Shown in pieces: positions 23,000-37,313 of a DNA stretch of 64,000 bases. The stretch comes from Eledone cirrhosa (Eukaryota), in contig OZ024757.1 in the NCBI GenBank assembly GCA_964016885.1, positions 7,688,001-7,752,000 of the forward strand. The letters run 5' to 3'. Position 1 is the first letter of the stretch. Every line of letters begins with the position of its first letter. Below the pieces are notes generated by a model, which saw nothing but the letters and a program-made list of their open reading frames with translations, searched no databases and had not been told where the DNA came from. The position numbers and the translations under genes were made by a program.

Positions 23000-25900
23000 G
23001 TTGTTATTCCTTGAGTCTCAGTCATTGATGTTAGTTAACTGGAAAGTCCGTTGGATTGAATATCAAGCCACTACCTGCAGCCTCAGATATTCAGGACGTA
23101 TCGGAGGGTTCTTGCTGTTCCAAGCAAGCATGCCTTTTGAAGCGTTCCAAAAAGCGTGAAGGGGCCGATTTTCTTTAACCATTCCTGGAAAGTTTTGGAG
23201 ATAGTCCCCAGTGTGCCTATGACAATCGGGATCACTTTGACTTCATGGCAGTTCCAAATCCTTTTCACCTCCGATTTTAGGTCCTGGTATCGGTTAATTT
23301 TCTCCCTCTCCTTCTCTTGCACTCTCGTGTCGAATGGGCAGGCCACATCCACAATCAGACACGATCTTTTTTCTTTGTCCACAACCACCAGGTCAGGTCT
23401 ATTGTGTTCCAGTTTTTTGTCCGTCTGTATCCTAAAATCCCACAGCACCTTCACCTGATTGTTCTCCATCACCGCCTCTGTCCTATGCTCATACCATTTC
23501 TCAGAATGTGGTAAATTGTTTACTTTGCACAGGTGCCAGTGGATCACCCTGCCCATCACATCGTGTCTCCAGCCCTTATAGTGGGTCTGGGCTAGGCGTT
23601 TACACTCGGACACAATGTGAGCCACAGTCTCCTCTCTCTCTCCACAGATCCTGCACAGTGGGCTAGCCTCCTCCTTGTAAATATGGTGCTTCAACCACTT
23701 CGTTTTGAGGGCCCGCTCCTGCGCAGCCATTAGCATTCCTTCTGTAGCCTTTTTGAGGTCTCCTCTTCTCAACCAGTTCCATGTCTGTGGATCTCTAAAT
23801 TCAGTTTTCTCAAAGAAGGTACTATGAAGGGATTTTCCCTTAAGGCTGCTCTTCCTCCTTGATGTTATTTCCTCCTTGGACATCCCCTGGCCTACTGTCC
23901 CCTCCTTCAGTACAGTTCTGAGCATTGGCTCCTTACTATAGGTCACGTATTTGTATAGGTTGTTTTTCTCCATCTGAACACAGTCCTCTATGCTGATAAG
24001 ACCTCTTCCACCCTCAGATCTCCTTAGGTAGAGTCTATCGACATCACTCCTCTTGTGGAACATGTTGTAGATAGTCAATAGCTTCCTAGTCTTCCTATCC
24101 ATTTCTTTTTGTTCAGCAATATTCCATCTCAGAATTCCCGCACTGTACCTAATAATAGACACAGCTCGGGAATTTACTGCGCTTATGGCATTTCTGCTGT
24201 TCAGATGTGACTTCAATACGCTCCTTACTCTCCGAATGTATTCAGTTCTTAACAATTCCTTCATTTTTTTGTTCTTTATGCCATCAGCCTCCAGAACTCC
24301 CAGATACTTGTATCCTTCCTCATAGTCAATTTCCTTTATCATCTCACCTGTTGGTATCTGGATCCCGTTACTTCTGCTCAACCTACCCCTCCTCATCACA
24401 ATGACTCCACATTTACTAATACCAAACTGCGTACATATATCACTGCTGAAAATACGGACAGTGTCAACAAGCACATCCAACTCCTTCTCACTTTTCCCGA
24501 AGAGCTTAAGATCGTCCATGAAGTGGAGGTGATTGATGGTAAGCTCTCCCCTTCCCAACTTGTATCCTGCTCTCACTTTTCGCAGCATAATGGTCAAGGG
24601 CATCAGGGCAAGGGCAAACAACAGAGGGGACAGGCTATCTCCCTGGAAGATACCTCTCTTGATCTTCACGCTTCCCAAGGATACTCCAGTTGATGTCAAC
24701 TCTGTCTCCCAGGACCCCATACTCCTGCCTAGCAACTGTCTGATGTTATCTGCCACCCTGAAGATCTCCAGGCTTTTGGTGATCCAAGAATGAGGCACCA
24801 TGTCAAATGCCTTTCTGTAGTCTATCCATCCCATGGCAAGATCAGTGTGTCTCCTGCAATTCCCCATTACCATCTTATCAATAAGTAACTGGTCCTTTGT
24901 ACCACGTGACTTCTTTCAGCATCCTTTCTGTTCGTCCGGTAACAAGTTGTTTGTGTGGAGGTGATGGTAGATTTCCTCAGACACAATGCTCGTCAACAGT
25001 TTCCACATTACGGACAGACATGTGATAGCTCTATAGTTGGTAACATCATTACCCTTGATTCGGTCTTTCATTATCAGAACTGTGGTACCTTTTGTCAACC
25101 ACTCTGGCACCTCACCCGACACCAAGCAGTCATTGAACATGGCCGTCAGCTTCGGGTGGAGGGATGTTAAATGTTTAATCCAATACCCCTGCACACCATC
25201 TGGGCCTGGTGATTTCCAGTTGGTTAGTTTTTTGGCCTGCCCCTTAAGAGTTTCAACTGTGATACAGAAATCAGTTTGTTGTTGTGCCTGCTCACCGATC
25301 TTCCTCTGTACTGTCTCAATCCAACCTGCCTGGACATTATGTCTAACATCCTGCTCCCATATTCCTCTCCAGAATGTTTTAGTTTGCTCCGCCCCAGGGA
25401 TCAAGTCGTTGCCTCTTTCTTTCCCCTCAAGCTGTCCAAACAGCATCTTCTGGTTGTTGTCGAACATGCGGTTCTGTTTATACTGACTGACTCTGTTCTC
25501 GTATCGCCTGATTTTTGCACTCTTTGCTACAATGCGTTGCTTCAGTTCCTCTATGATAATATTTAGCTTTTTCCTCCTAGTTTTGTATTTTATTTCCAGT
25601 CTATTTTTAGTGCCTATGTTTTTTAGTGTCCCATTCAGTAGTGACTCAAGCTTTCCTATGTCATTTCTCATTTCCCCGATTTGCCCACTCAGTCGCTTCT
25701 TCCACCACGGCTCTGCTCTTTCTTGTCTGTTGTTTCCTCTCGCTTTTATACCAAGTAGTTTCCTCACCGTATTTGCTGTTGCTTTGAGGATATTGTTGCA
25801 CTGGTGAAGGCTCCTCGCCTCAAGGTATGGGATGACTTTGTTTACCTTAGCTGTTGTTTCTTTTAACTTTTTCCTGTCTACAAATCTTAGGTTCATAGGT

Positions 25901-26550
25901 CTCCCACTATCATTGTTCAATTCATCTACCACTAAATTTAGGATGTCAACCGAGTCTTGTCCTAGCCCGTCAGCATTCATCTCCTCAGTGGCCGTATCTC
26001 TGTTCCAGGTATTATTTATCTCAGTATTCAGATCATTGTCTGCTTCGGGTGGTTCCTCCGTTCTCAGGACCTCTTCACCTTCATTTCCCACTGGCTCGCT
26101 TGTCTGGCATACTACACCCGCCATCTCCAAGCCATTCTCTCTGCTCAGTTCCTCCAGTTCCAGCTCGCTTATCCACCCATTAGTTCTTATTACCCGAGTC
26201 TGCCCGGCCAATTTTTGTTCATCTAATTTAAATAAACAAATCTCGTTCCAGATGTTATGCATCCGTCTCCTGTAGCCCCTCTCCTTGGGGTTACTTTTCA
26301 GGTAACATTGCATAACAGTTCTATTCAATTCTTTCGTCCAGTTGGTTCTGGCCCCTTTCCTTCTTCTCCTTCCTCCAACATCAGCAGTATTTGGTTGACA
26401 GTCAGGTTCCTGCTGCTGAGCCAGGGGGCACCTGTTGGGTGAGAGTCTGTCACATGACGTTCTAGTCTCCATTTCACCGTTATTCGAACTGTTTATGTTC
26501 GATATTTAAACACTCTTATCGAGGATTGGCGAATGTATGGTTACATAGCC
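23000..26550 (-). mobile_element. R4/Dong-type element, family A copy 2 (full length; single ORF 26472-23083 broken by one TGA at 24916-24918)
   Basis: ORFs 24916-26472 and 23083-24873 are in the same frame, and copy 1 has CGA at this codon. RT, CRICGEREETVAHIVSEC finger and RLE domain. (TTA)n at both ends. Confidence 0.92.
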
Positions 26551-26585
26551 TATTATTATTATTATTATTATTACTATTACTATTA

Positions 26586-27625
26586 CTCTTTGAGTCTCAG
26601 TCATTGATGTTAGTTAACTGGAAAGTTTGTTGAAATGAATATCAAGCCACTACCTGCAGCCTCAGATATTCAGGACGTATCGCACGGTTGTTGCTGTTCC
26701 CAGCAAGCATGCCTTTTGAAGTGTTCCAAAAAGCGTGTAGGGGCCAATTTTCTTTAACCATCTCTGGACACCTTTTGAGATAGTCCCTTGTGCACCTATG
26801 ACAATCGGGATCACTTTGACTTCATGGCAGTTCCAAATCATTTTTACCCACTTTAAGTTCTGGTATCGGTTAATTTTCTCCCTCTCCTTCTCTTGCACTC
26901 TCGTGTCGAATGGGCAAGCCACATCCACAATCAGTCACGATCTTTTTTCTTTGTCCACAACCACCAGGTCAGGTCTATTTTGTTCCAGTTTCTTGTCCGT
27001 CTGTATCCTAAAGTCCCACAGCACCTTCACCTGATCGTTTTCTATCACCGACTCTGGCTTATGCTCATACCACTTCCCAGAATGTGGTAAATTGTTTACT
27101 TTGCATAGGTGCCAGTCGATCACCCTGCCCATCACATCATGTCTCCAGCCCTTATAGTGAGTCTGGGCTAGGTGTTTACACTCGGATACAATGTGAGCCA
27201 CATTCTCCTCTCTATCTCCACAGATCCTGCACAGTGGGCTAGCCTTCCCCTTGTAAATATGGTGTTTCAACCACTTCGTTTTTAGGGCCTGCTCCTGCGC
27301 AGCCATTAACATTCCTTCTGTAGCCTTTTTAAGGTCTCCTCTTTTCAACCAGTTCCACATCTGTGGATCTCTAAATTCAGTTTTCTCAAAGAAGGTACTA
27401 TGAAGGGATTTTTCCTGAAGGCTGCTCTTTCTCCTTGATGTTATTTCCTCCTTGGACATCCGCTGGCCTATTGTCCCCTCCTTCAGTACAGTTCTGAGCA
27501 TTGGCTCCTTACTATCAGTCACGTATTTGTGTAGGTTGTTTTTCTCCATCTGAACATAGTCCTCTATGCTGATAAGACCTCTTCCACCTTCAGATCTCCT
27601 TAAGTAGAGTCTATCGACATGACTC
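26586..27625 (-). mobile_element. R4/Dong family A, 5'-truncated copy 3
   Basis: Matches the 3' ~1 kb of copies 1 and 2 (from VDRLYLRRSEGGRGL to RYVLNI, plus 3' UTR). Frameshifted. Confidence 0.88.
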
Positions 27626-27637
27626 CTTCCCCTTTCG

Positions 27638-28328
27638 TAAGTTAACAGAAGGTAATGGGGGAATAGCGGTGGTAGCAATGAAGGAGTGGTGGCGGCGGTG
27701 ATGGGATAGTGGTAGTAATGATGGATGGGTGGTGGCGGCGGTGATGGGATAGTGGTAGTAATGATGGATGGGTGGTGGCGGCGGTGATGGGATAGTGGTA
27801 GTAATGATGGATGTGTGGTGGCGGCGGTGACTGTAGTGATGGCGTTGTTTATTATATGTGTTGACATATTTTTCTTAATATTGGAATTAAACATTTTGTG
27901 AAGACTTGAGACAATAATAATAGTAATTATAATTATTATGCTGGGATTGGTGGTGGTGAAATTGCCGCTATCTGGCTGTTGTATTTAGTGTACACAGAGG
28001 AGTGATGGGATAGGTGGTGTATCTAGTTTGTGGTGTTGGTGAAATTGCTGTTATTTGGCTGTTCTATATAGTGTAGACAGAGGGGGTGGTTTTCTTCCAT
28101 TTATAACCATTTTCTTTTTTGAATGTAAAATGTATGTTACAAAATTGAATATTTGAGCGATATAACAATATATTATGGATCCGAATCTTCCTGAGGCTTG
28201 AGTCGGATGCTTTATGCATCATTCGTACTAAGAATTGTTATTTCACAATTGATTTAAATATATTAAAAATCAAAAACTTACGGGAGCGATTTCATGACCT
28301 TCTTTCCACCATGTGCGTCTTCTTCCCT
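27638..28328. repeat. Dispersed repeat R, copy 3, with a 43-bp minisatellite (~3.5 units, ~27686-27830)
   Basis: The unit gtggtggcggcggtgatgggatagtggtagtaatgatggatgg is repeated. The remainder is homologous to copies 1 and 2. Confidence 0.78.
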
Positions 28329-28379
28329 TATTATTATTATCATTATTATTATTATTATATATGTGTGTGTGTGATTACT

Positions 28380-30966
<2,587 letters not shown>

Positions 30967-31339
30967 TGGATGTGTATATACCAAAACATACACTATTTAG
31001 ACGATACGGATGTTACAATTCAATATATACACGTATAGCAGAACGTTCAACGGAATTTACTTGCGTGTGTATAGGGCTGTGGTTGACTCAATTTTTTTCT
31101 AATTTACATCGTGAAAATTTAGATTTGACCAATATAACGTTTGTTGTTTTGTAAGCTAACTTTCGCTGCATACTGTGTTGGTGTGTATATATATTTTCTC
31201 CCTGACCTCGCGTCGGTGTGTGTAAGTGTGTGCGTACTCACTAACACTAATTGTGACCGACCAAAATTCTACAGATCTGATGCTGAGATTAAACCTGTCC
31301 AGCGTCTTTTACAGCTATTGAGAGATAGAGACTTGAGAG

Positions 31340-31522
31340 ATTTGTGACCCTGACTGAAGACGATAGCAGCTGGCGTGTTTTGGCTGCTGAATCTTCATAT
31401 GGGGAGGAAAACTCTAGTGAGTGATAATCGATCATGACCACACGATCGATCTATCCCTTATTGAAACATGTGTCGTGATTAGAATGATTGGAAATTTATA
31501 CCATGCCTTCGGATCTTTATTT

Positions 31523-31525
<3 letters not shown>
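31340..31525 (+). mobile_element. Penelope-like pseudo-LTR remnant with a degenerate hammerhead
   Basis: CTGAAGA at 31354-31360, a long stem-II region, and GAAACATGTGTC at 31463-31474. Stem I is not convincing. Followed by (TA)n. Confidence 0.4.
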
Positions 31526-31556
<31 letters not shown>

Positions 31557-31562
<6 letters not shown>

Positions 31563-34200
31563 GGGTTAAAGTATCGTAGAAGAGGATGAAGCGGAGAGAT
31601 ACAAAGAATGAAAGCAGAGAGATACAATGAACCTACTGCCTGAACCCGAATAACATCATTGATTAATTAAACTTATGAACATACAACTTGAACCTGAATA
31701 GCATCATACCTCCACAGCCTTCTACATCACACCCTACTACAGCTACCCTGCATTAGGTATACCAGTGTGCAAGGTATGATGTCACTATCAACCGTCTGTT
31801 CGTTTCCCACCAAAACACTGCATGATATCTACTAGGTCAGACCCACCCTGCTAATGTTAAAAAAAATGTTAAAAATTTCCCATAGCTGGGGTTGGCCAGA
31901 ACTAACTGAGTGACATCCAGCCAGGCACCGGGTAATTACCTCCCTTAGCGAGTTATGTCCCTTTCACCGACGCCATTGTGTTTACTATTTTCGAACAGAA
32001 TGCAGGAATATGTGAAGTTGTGATAATTTCTCAACGGTAATTATACTTACAGACCTAACTATTGGAATATCTGCTTCCGATGAGCCCCTCTGTGCGAAAC
32101 ACGTGTATGAGCTATATAAAGAAATGTTTTAACGGCTTGTAACACTTTCACTGACTCATTCATTTGCTTATTCCCGCTCTGCTTAAACCATACGCTAAAT
32201 ATTAACCTCCTCTAATATTTAACCCTGCTAACCCAAGTATCGAGCACGCTACGCTTCGGCTATTGGCATTTAGTATTCTGTATCGTACCTCTTTGTATCT
32301 CTCTGCTTCATCCTCTCCTACGATACTTTAACCTTATTATTATCGTTCTCCAATCAGTAGATCTCAACACGCTACTTGCCATTATGTAGGAGAAACAACC
32401 GTTACCGATGTCTCTCAAGTCAATAGCGTTACCAAGCAGAAAAAACTTATCTCAAACAACTCATCGCCGCGACTAATTCGTTTATACGCAGAGTCAGATG
32501 GAAGGCCTACCATATGGACAAGGATACAGATAAACAACCGGCACTTAAAGAAAGGTATGGATTTAAGGCCTACAGGAACCCACCGCACAACAAACTGTTG
32601 GACGCCTTTGCCGAAGACCTGCTCAATATGATCAAGAATGTCAAGTTTAAGAATAGACGCAAGTATACTAATGCTTTCCTGACTTCTCTGGACCCCCTAA
32701 TCACTAAAATCAAGAACAATAAGCACCTTTTTGTAGCCTCTGATAAAACCAAGAACCTGTATAAGTTGGATGTAAGTAGATATAGACAATTCATCTCAAA
32801 TAAGCTCAGCAAAAATTACAAAAAATCACCAAGAAGCACATTAAACGACATAAATAGATTAGGTAAGAATATTGTAACTGGCTTAGATATAGATAAATAC
32901 ACAGACTCTTAAGGATCATAAATGTAATTTTAAAAGACCTTCAGTTAGATTAATATGCCCCTCCACTTCGGATATAGGTAGAATTAGCAAAGTGATCATT
33001 GATAGGATAATACTCGTACTAAATAGTAAGGCCAAGGTCCGTCTTTGGAACAATACTGACAAGGTCATCAAATGGTTCACAGATATACCTGATAAGGTCT
33101 CTTTAAAATTTATTCAGTTCGACATAGATAATTACTACGCCTCTATCTCCCCTATACTCCTAAATAAGGCCATCATCTTAGCTAGATCTAACACTAGTTT
33201 AACTAAAAAAAGAAATAGACATAATGCTTGCAGCGAGACGAACTATCATTCACTTCGAAGGCTCTTACTGGACCCGAGCCAACCGTCCTGAAAATTTTGA
33301 TATCACGATGGGGGTCAAGCGACTCGGCGCAGGTAACCGACCTGGCTGGAATATATCCCCTACACAAGCTCAGAGACGAGACCCCTGTACTACAAAGAGG
33401 TATATATAGGGACGACGCCTTATTTACTGTAAGGAATCACAGACCCCGTAGGATAGAAAACCTCAATAAGCATATACATAAGTTCTTTAAAACGTACGGC
33501 CTCTCAGTTACAATTTACCACAACCATAAAATAGTTAACTTCCTGGATGTAACGTTAGAATAAGATACTGGCTCATACAGACCATACCACAAGCCAGATG
33601 AGGTCCTGTCTTACATCAACAAAGCATCTAATCACCCCAAATCTACACTTAACTCTATAGTGAGTAGCATCTCACATAGAATCTCGAGGCTGTCGGCCAA
33701 CAAGGACCACTTTGACCAAACTGCCGACTACTACAACAAAGCGCTGGCTGAATGAGGTTATAGCAACAGGATTTCGTATATCTATGACGCAGGCTCTACT
33801 AGGCCCCCTTCCCATAGGACCAGTGTAATAGCGTGCCGCACCAATAACCACCGTGGCAGTGGGATTGTTAAAGGGAAACATACAGGTCGAACTAGTAATG
33901 CGGCTAGCTTTGGCCAGCATCATAACAACAAGGGCGGTAGGCCAGGGAGACCCCCACACCCGTACCAATTTCGTTCGGTCAATAGAATTAACAGCAACCT
34001 ACTAGAAAAATTCCCCGCATACAGGCTTAATAATGGTGACGGTATCTCACCAACACCTACCGGCAAGCATAGGGTAACCCAGTGCGGTCCAGCAGGGGCT
34101 AGGTTAGCACATGGAGCTAAGATGCGCAGAGCACACAATAGGCAGCAGCCCAATAACCTTGGTAGAAACACCACCAGGGCTTATCCGTCCGCACCAACCC
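31557..34200 (+). mobile_element. Penelope-like retroelement (probably Naiad-type RT), decayed, no GIY-YIG domain visible
   Basis: RT fragments YGFKAYRNPP, ASDKTKNLY, KDHK, FIQFDIDNYYASI, FDITMG/SSDSAQVTDLAG, GIYRDDAL, VNFLDVTL, SNHP. Inverted repeat 31557-31607 / 32290-32340. Hammerhead-like motif at 32071-32112. Confidence 0.8.
32071..32112 (+). ncRNA. Degenerate minimal type I hammerhead ribozyme motif
   Basis: CCGAUGA (canonical CUGAUGA), short stem II, GAAAC, palindromic stem III ACACGUGU, GUA cleavage triplet. Lies upstream of the PLE RT. Confidence 0.55.
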
Positions 34201-34220
34201 AAATATGAATATATAAATAA

Positions 34221-34308
<88 letters not shown>

Positions 34309-34319
34309 ATAGATAGATA

Positions 34320-37300
34320 TATTTCTTTATTAGCCACAAGGGCGCACAAGGAAAGGAGACACAACTAAGACATGTCGGGGATTTTACATACAATCGTCTA
34401 AAAATATAAAACAAACAAATATAACAATCGAAATCCCTAATAAGGGGGAGGCGCCACAAATGGGTTGTTTGATACCCCGTAGATTGAAAAACCCTCAACT
34501 TCATGAGCGTGTTGTGAAAGTGGTCCTTTCTTCCTTTTGCTCTCTTCTTCAACCTACAGGTTTATATGCAGAGAAGGCCCAATCTCTCGGGCCATTTTTG
34601 CCATATTCACCTACCTTTCAGTAAAGTTACTGGGGTGCAGTGCTTCTCTCTCCACTCTGATTCTCCTTCTAAAGTGGTACCTAAAGAAGGGAATGAGTTG
34701 TTTTCCGGAGAGAAAGGCATCTGTCCTCAGTCCTCTAAATCTCGTCCACCATATAACCTCTTTCACCATAGCCACTATACAGAGGAAAACCTTCTCTCTT
34801 TCGTTTTTGAAAGAAATTGGGGGTTTGATCCTTACTATGGACTCGGCAGTCAACTGGATTTGTCCCATACGCGACTGCAGTTGTTCTGCGTAGTTCCACA
34901 GGTCGGTTACGCCCGGGCAGTGTACAATTGCGTGCAAGACAGTTTCAATGTCCTGCCCGCATCTTGGACACGTCCTCTTTGAAGGATCCCTGCCTAGGCG
35001 TCCGTGCCTGTAGATCTTGTCACGAACTAGTAGAGCTCCTCGGTAGCACTGCCAGGTCAGGGACATCTGGAAGTTGTCTATAGGTCCCGAGCAGAAAGTC
35101 CTACGAAACAGACTGGTGAGTTCGTCGTCTTCCTTCGACGCCCAGAGTCTCTCCGAGCACGTCGTCGCCCTTGTGACGTACTAACCCTATATAGAATGTC
35201 GAAGTGGAGTCTCCACTGGTTGCCGTGCCCGCTTGAAAGAGGACTGTAAGCACCTGAGCGCATTCAATGTGCCAGGCGCCCATCTTCTTCCGTCTCCGTT
35301 TGACCCAGGACTGCAGCTCCGCCAGCGAGACAAGTTGCGGGAAGGCCTGTCTCACAAACGGTGCCTACACTGGTTGGGGGTCGGTGAGGAATACCTATAG
35401 ATGTCGTAGCCTCAGCGCATGAAGGGTGCTGACAGTAGACGGATCTCCTCACCAGTGGAGTCTGCTTCTTCCAAAGAAACTAGAAGAGCATGCGTTCTAT
35501 CTTGGTGAGGTCTTCACGGGGACAAGGCACTACGATCAAGCGGTAGTAGATGACGGAAGCTATGAAAGTGTTCGCCACCTCCGCTCGACCTTTCAAGGAT
35601 AGTTTGCACTCTTCCCACTTCTGGGTGAGCGCAAATACCTTGGCCGTGACCCCGTTCCAGTTTTTCTTCCCCTGGAGGTCCGGACCGAACTATACCCCGA
35701 GCAATTTCACCGGTCCGTGCGTCCAGCGTCCGACGACGCTATCGGACGGCATATGTTTGCCTCTCCACGTTCCGAGTTGCAAACAGACAGACTTGTTCGG
35801 GTTCAATTTTGCTCCTCTGAGCCTTTCGTATTCCTGCAGTAAGTTACCGATCACCCCGATTTGCGAGGTTTCCGACACCATTACTTTCACGTCGTCGGCA
35901 TAAGCCGACGTTGCTTACCGCAGTCCTAGTTCCAACGGGATGCCCTACAGCAGCTCCAACTTCCGCAGTAGTGGCTCTAGAGTCTGTACGTACAGAATGG
36001 AGGAGAGAGGGCATCCCTGTTGGATGGAACGCGTGATTGCGAACGGCTCCGATAGGTAGCCGTTCACCTTGACCATCGAGAAGATGTTGGTGTGCATTGC
36101 GGCGATCCAGCCTCTGAAGACAGGTGAAACCGACCGCCTTGAGAACCGCTTCCAACTATCGATGGTCGTCTCTATCGAACGCCTTAGACTGATCTAAATA
36201 GATCAGAGCCCCATCGAATCCGAGTTTAGACCCCACCCTCTCTATGATGTATCGCATGAGGTGGAGGTTGTCGTGTATGGACCTGGTCGGGATTGCACAC
36301 GTTTGCGCTTCCCCTACTAGGTTCTCAACGACAAGCGCCAGCCTCGTTGCCAACACCTTGGTCAAAATCTTTAACTCTGTGTTGAGAAGAGTTATGGGCC
36401 TAAAGTTGCTTAGTTCGTCCCCCTTGTTCTCGTCTTTCCTGATCAGCGTTACTACGCCCCTGCCTGCAGAATTGGTATTCTCCCGTTCTGCTGCCAGTTG
36501 CAGTAGACGGCCTCAAGGAAGCCAGAGAACAAGACCGGCATGCCTATATAAAACTCATAGGGTAGACCATCTAGACCGGGTGATTTGCGTTTCCCAGAGT
36601 GGCCCGTATCTCAGTGGCTGTGATCGGTCTTTCGGAGAACTCGGCGTCCATGCTCGAGAGACGCGGCAGGCCGTCGAGGTATGAACCGAAGTCTATTGCC
36701 CCGTTCGATGCACCACCACTCTGCTCGAACAGTTGCGCAAAGTGCCACTGAAAAGCCGCACACATCCGCTTGGGGTCAAGTAGCACGCGTCCGTTTTGGT
36801 CTTTCAAAGACAGAATCGTGGACTTGGTGCCACTTTTCGCCTCTGTCACTCGGGCCCAGCTAACAGCTTTTGCTCCCTCGTTTTCTAGAGCACGTGATTT
36901 ACTTCTGACCACTCAGCCTTCATGTTTCGCGTCGAAGAACTGGTCCAGTGCCGTTCTCGTTGCTAGCACTCTAACTACGTTTCCACTCCTAAGCGCTTCC
37001 TCTACCTTGACTACTAGTTCCGTTTCTGTTTTATTTATTTCTAAGGCTAACTCTCTGCTAAAGTCTATCGACTCTACTCTAATTCCTTTCTTGAGGGAGT
37101 ACCACCATCAATTGTTGACGATGGCTCCCGTCAATTGTTGCTTAACTAATCTACTTATCAGTTCACTGTAGGCTTTATGTGTCGGTAGCGACACGTTCAG
37201 CTTCCAGTATCCGGGTCCTTGTCTATGTATTCGATCATGGTTGACTATGCAGATGACTAGTTTGTGGTCTGAATAGGCAACCATTTGCATTTGTGGACAA
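34320..37300 (-). mobile_element. L1/Tx1-type LINE, second family (copy D), 5'-truncated and decayed
   Basis: Fragments homologous to Tx1 ORF2: AYSDHKLVIC...GPGYWKLN, QTCAIP...DQSKAFDR, GRWTHGPVKLLGV, CPRCGQDIETVLHAIVHC. The 3' end cccttgtggctaataaagaaat is followed by (TA)n. Confidence 0.88.
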
Positions 37301-37313
37301 ACATTTGCATTTG

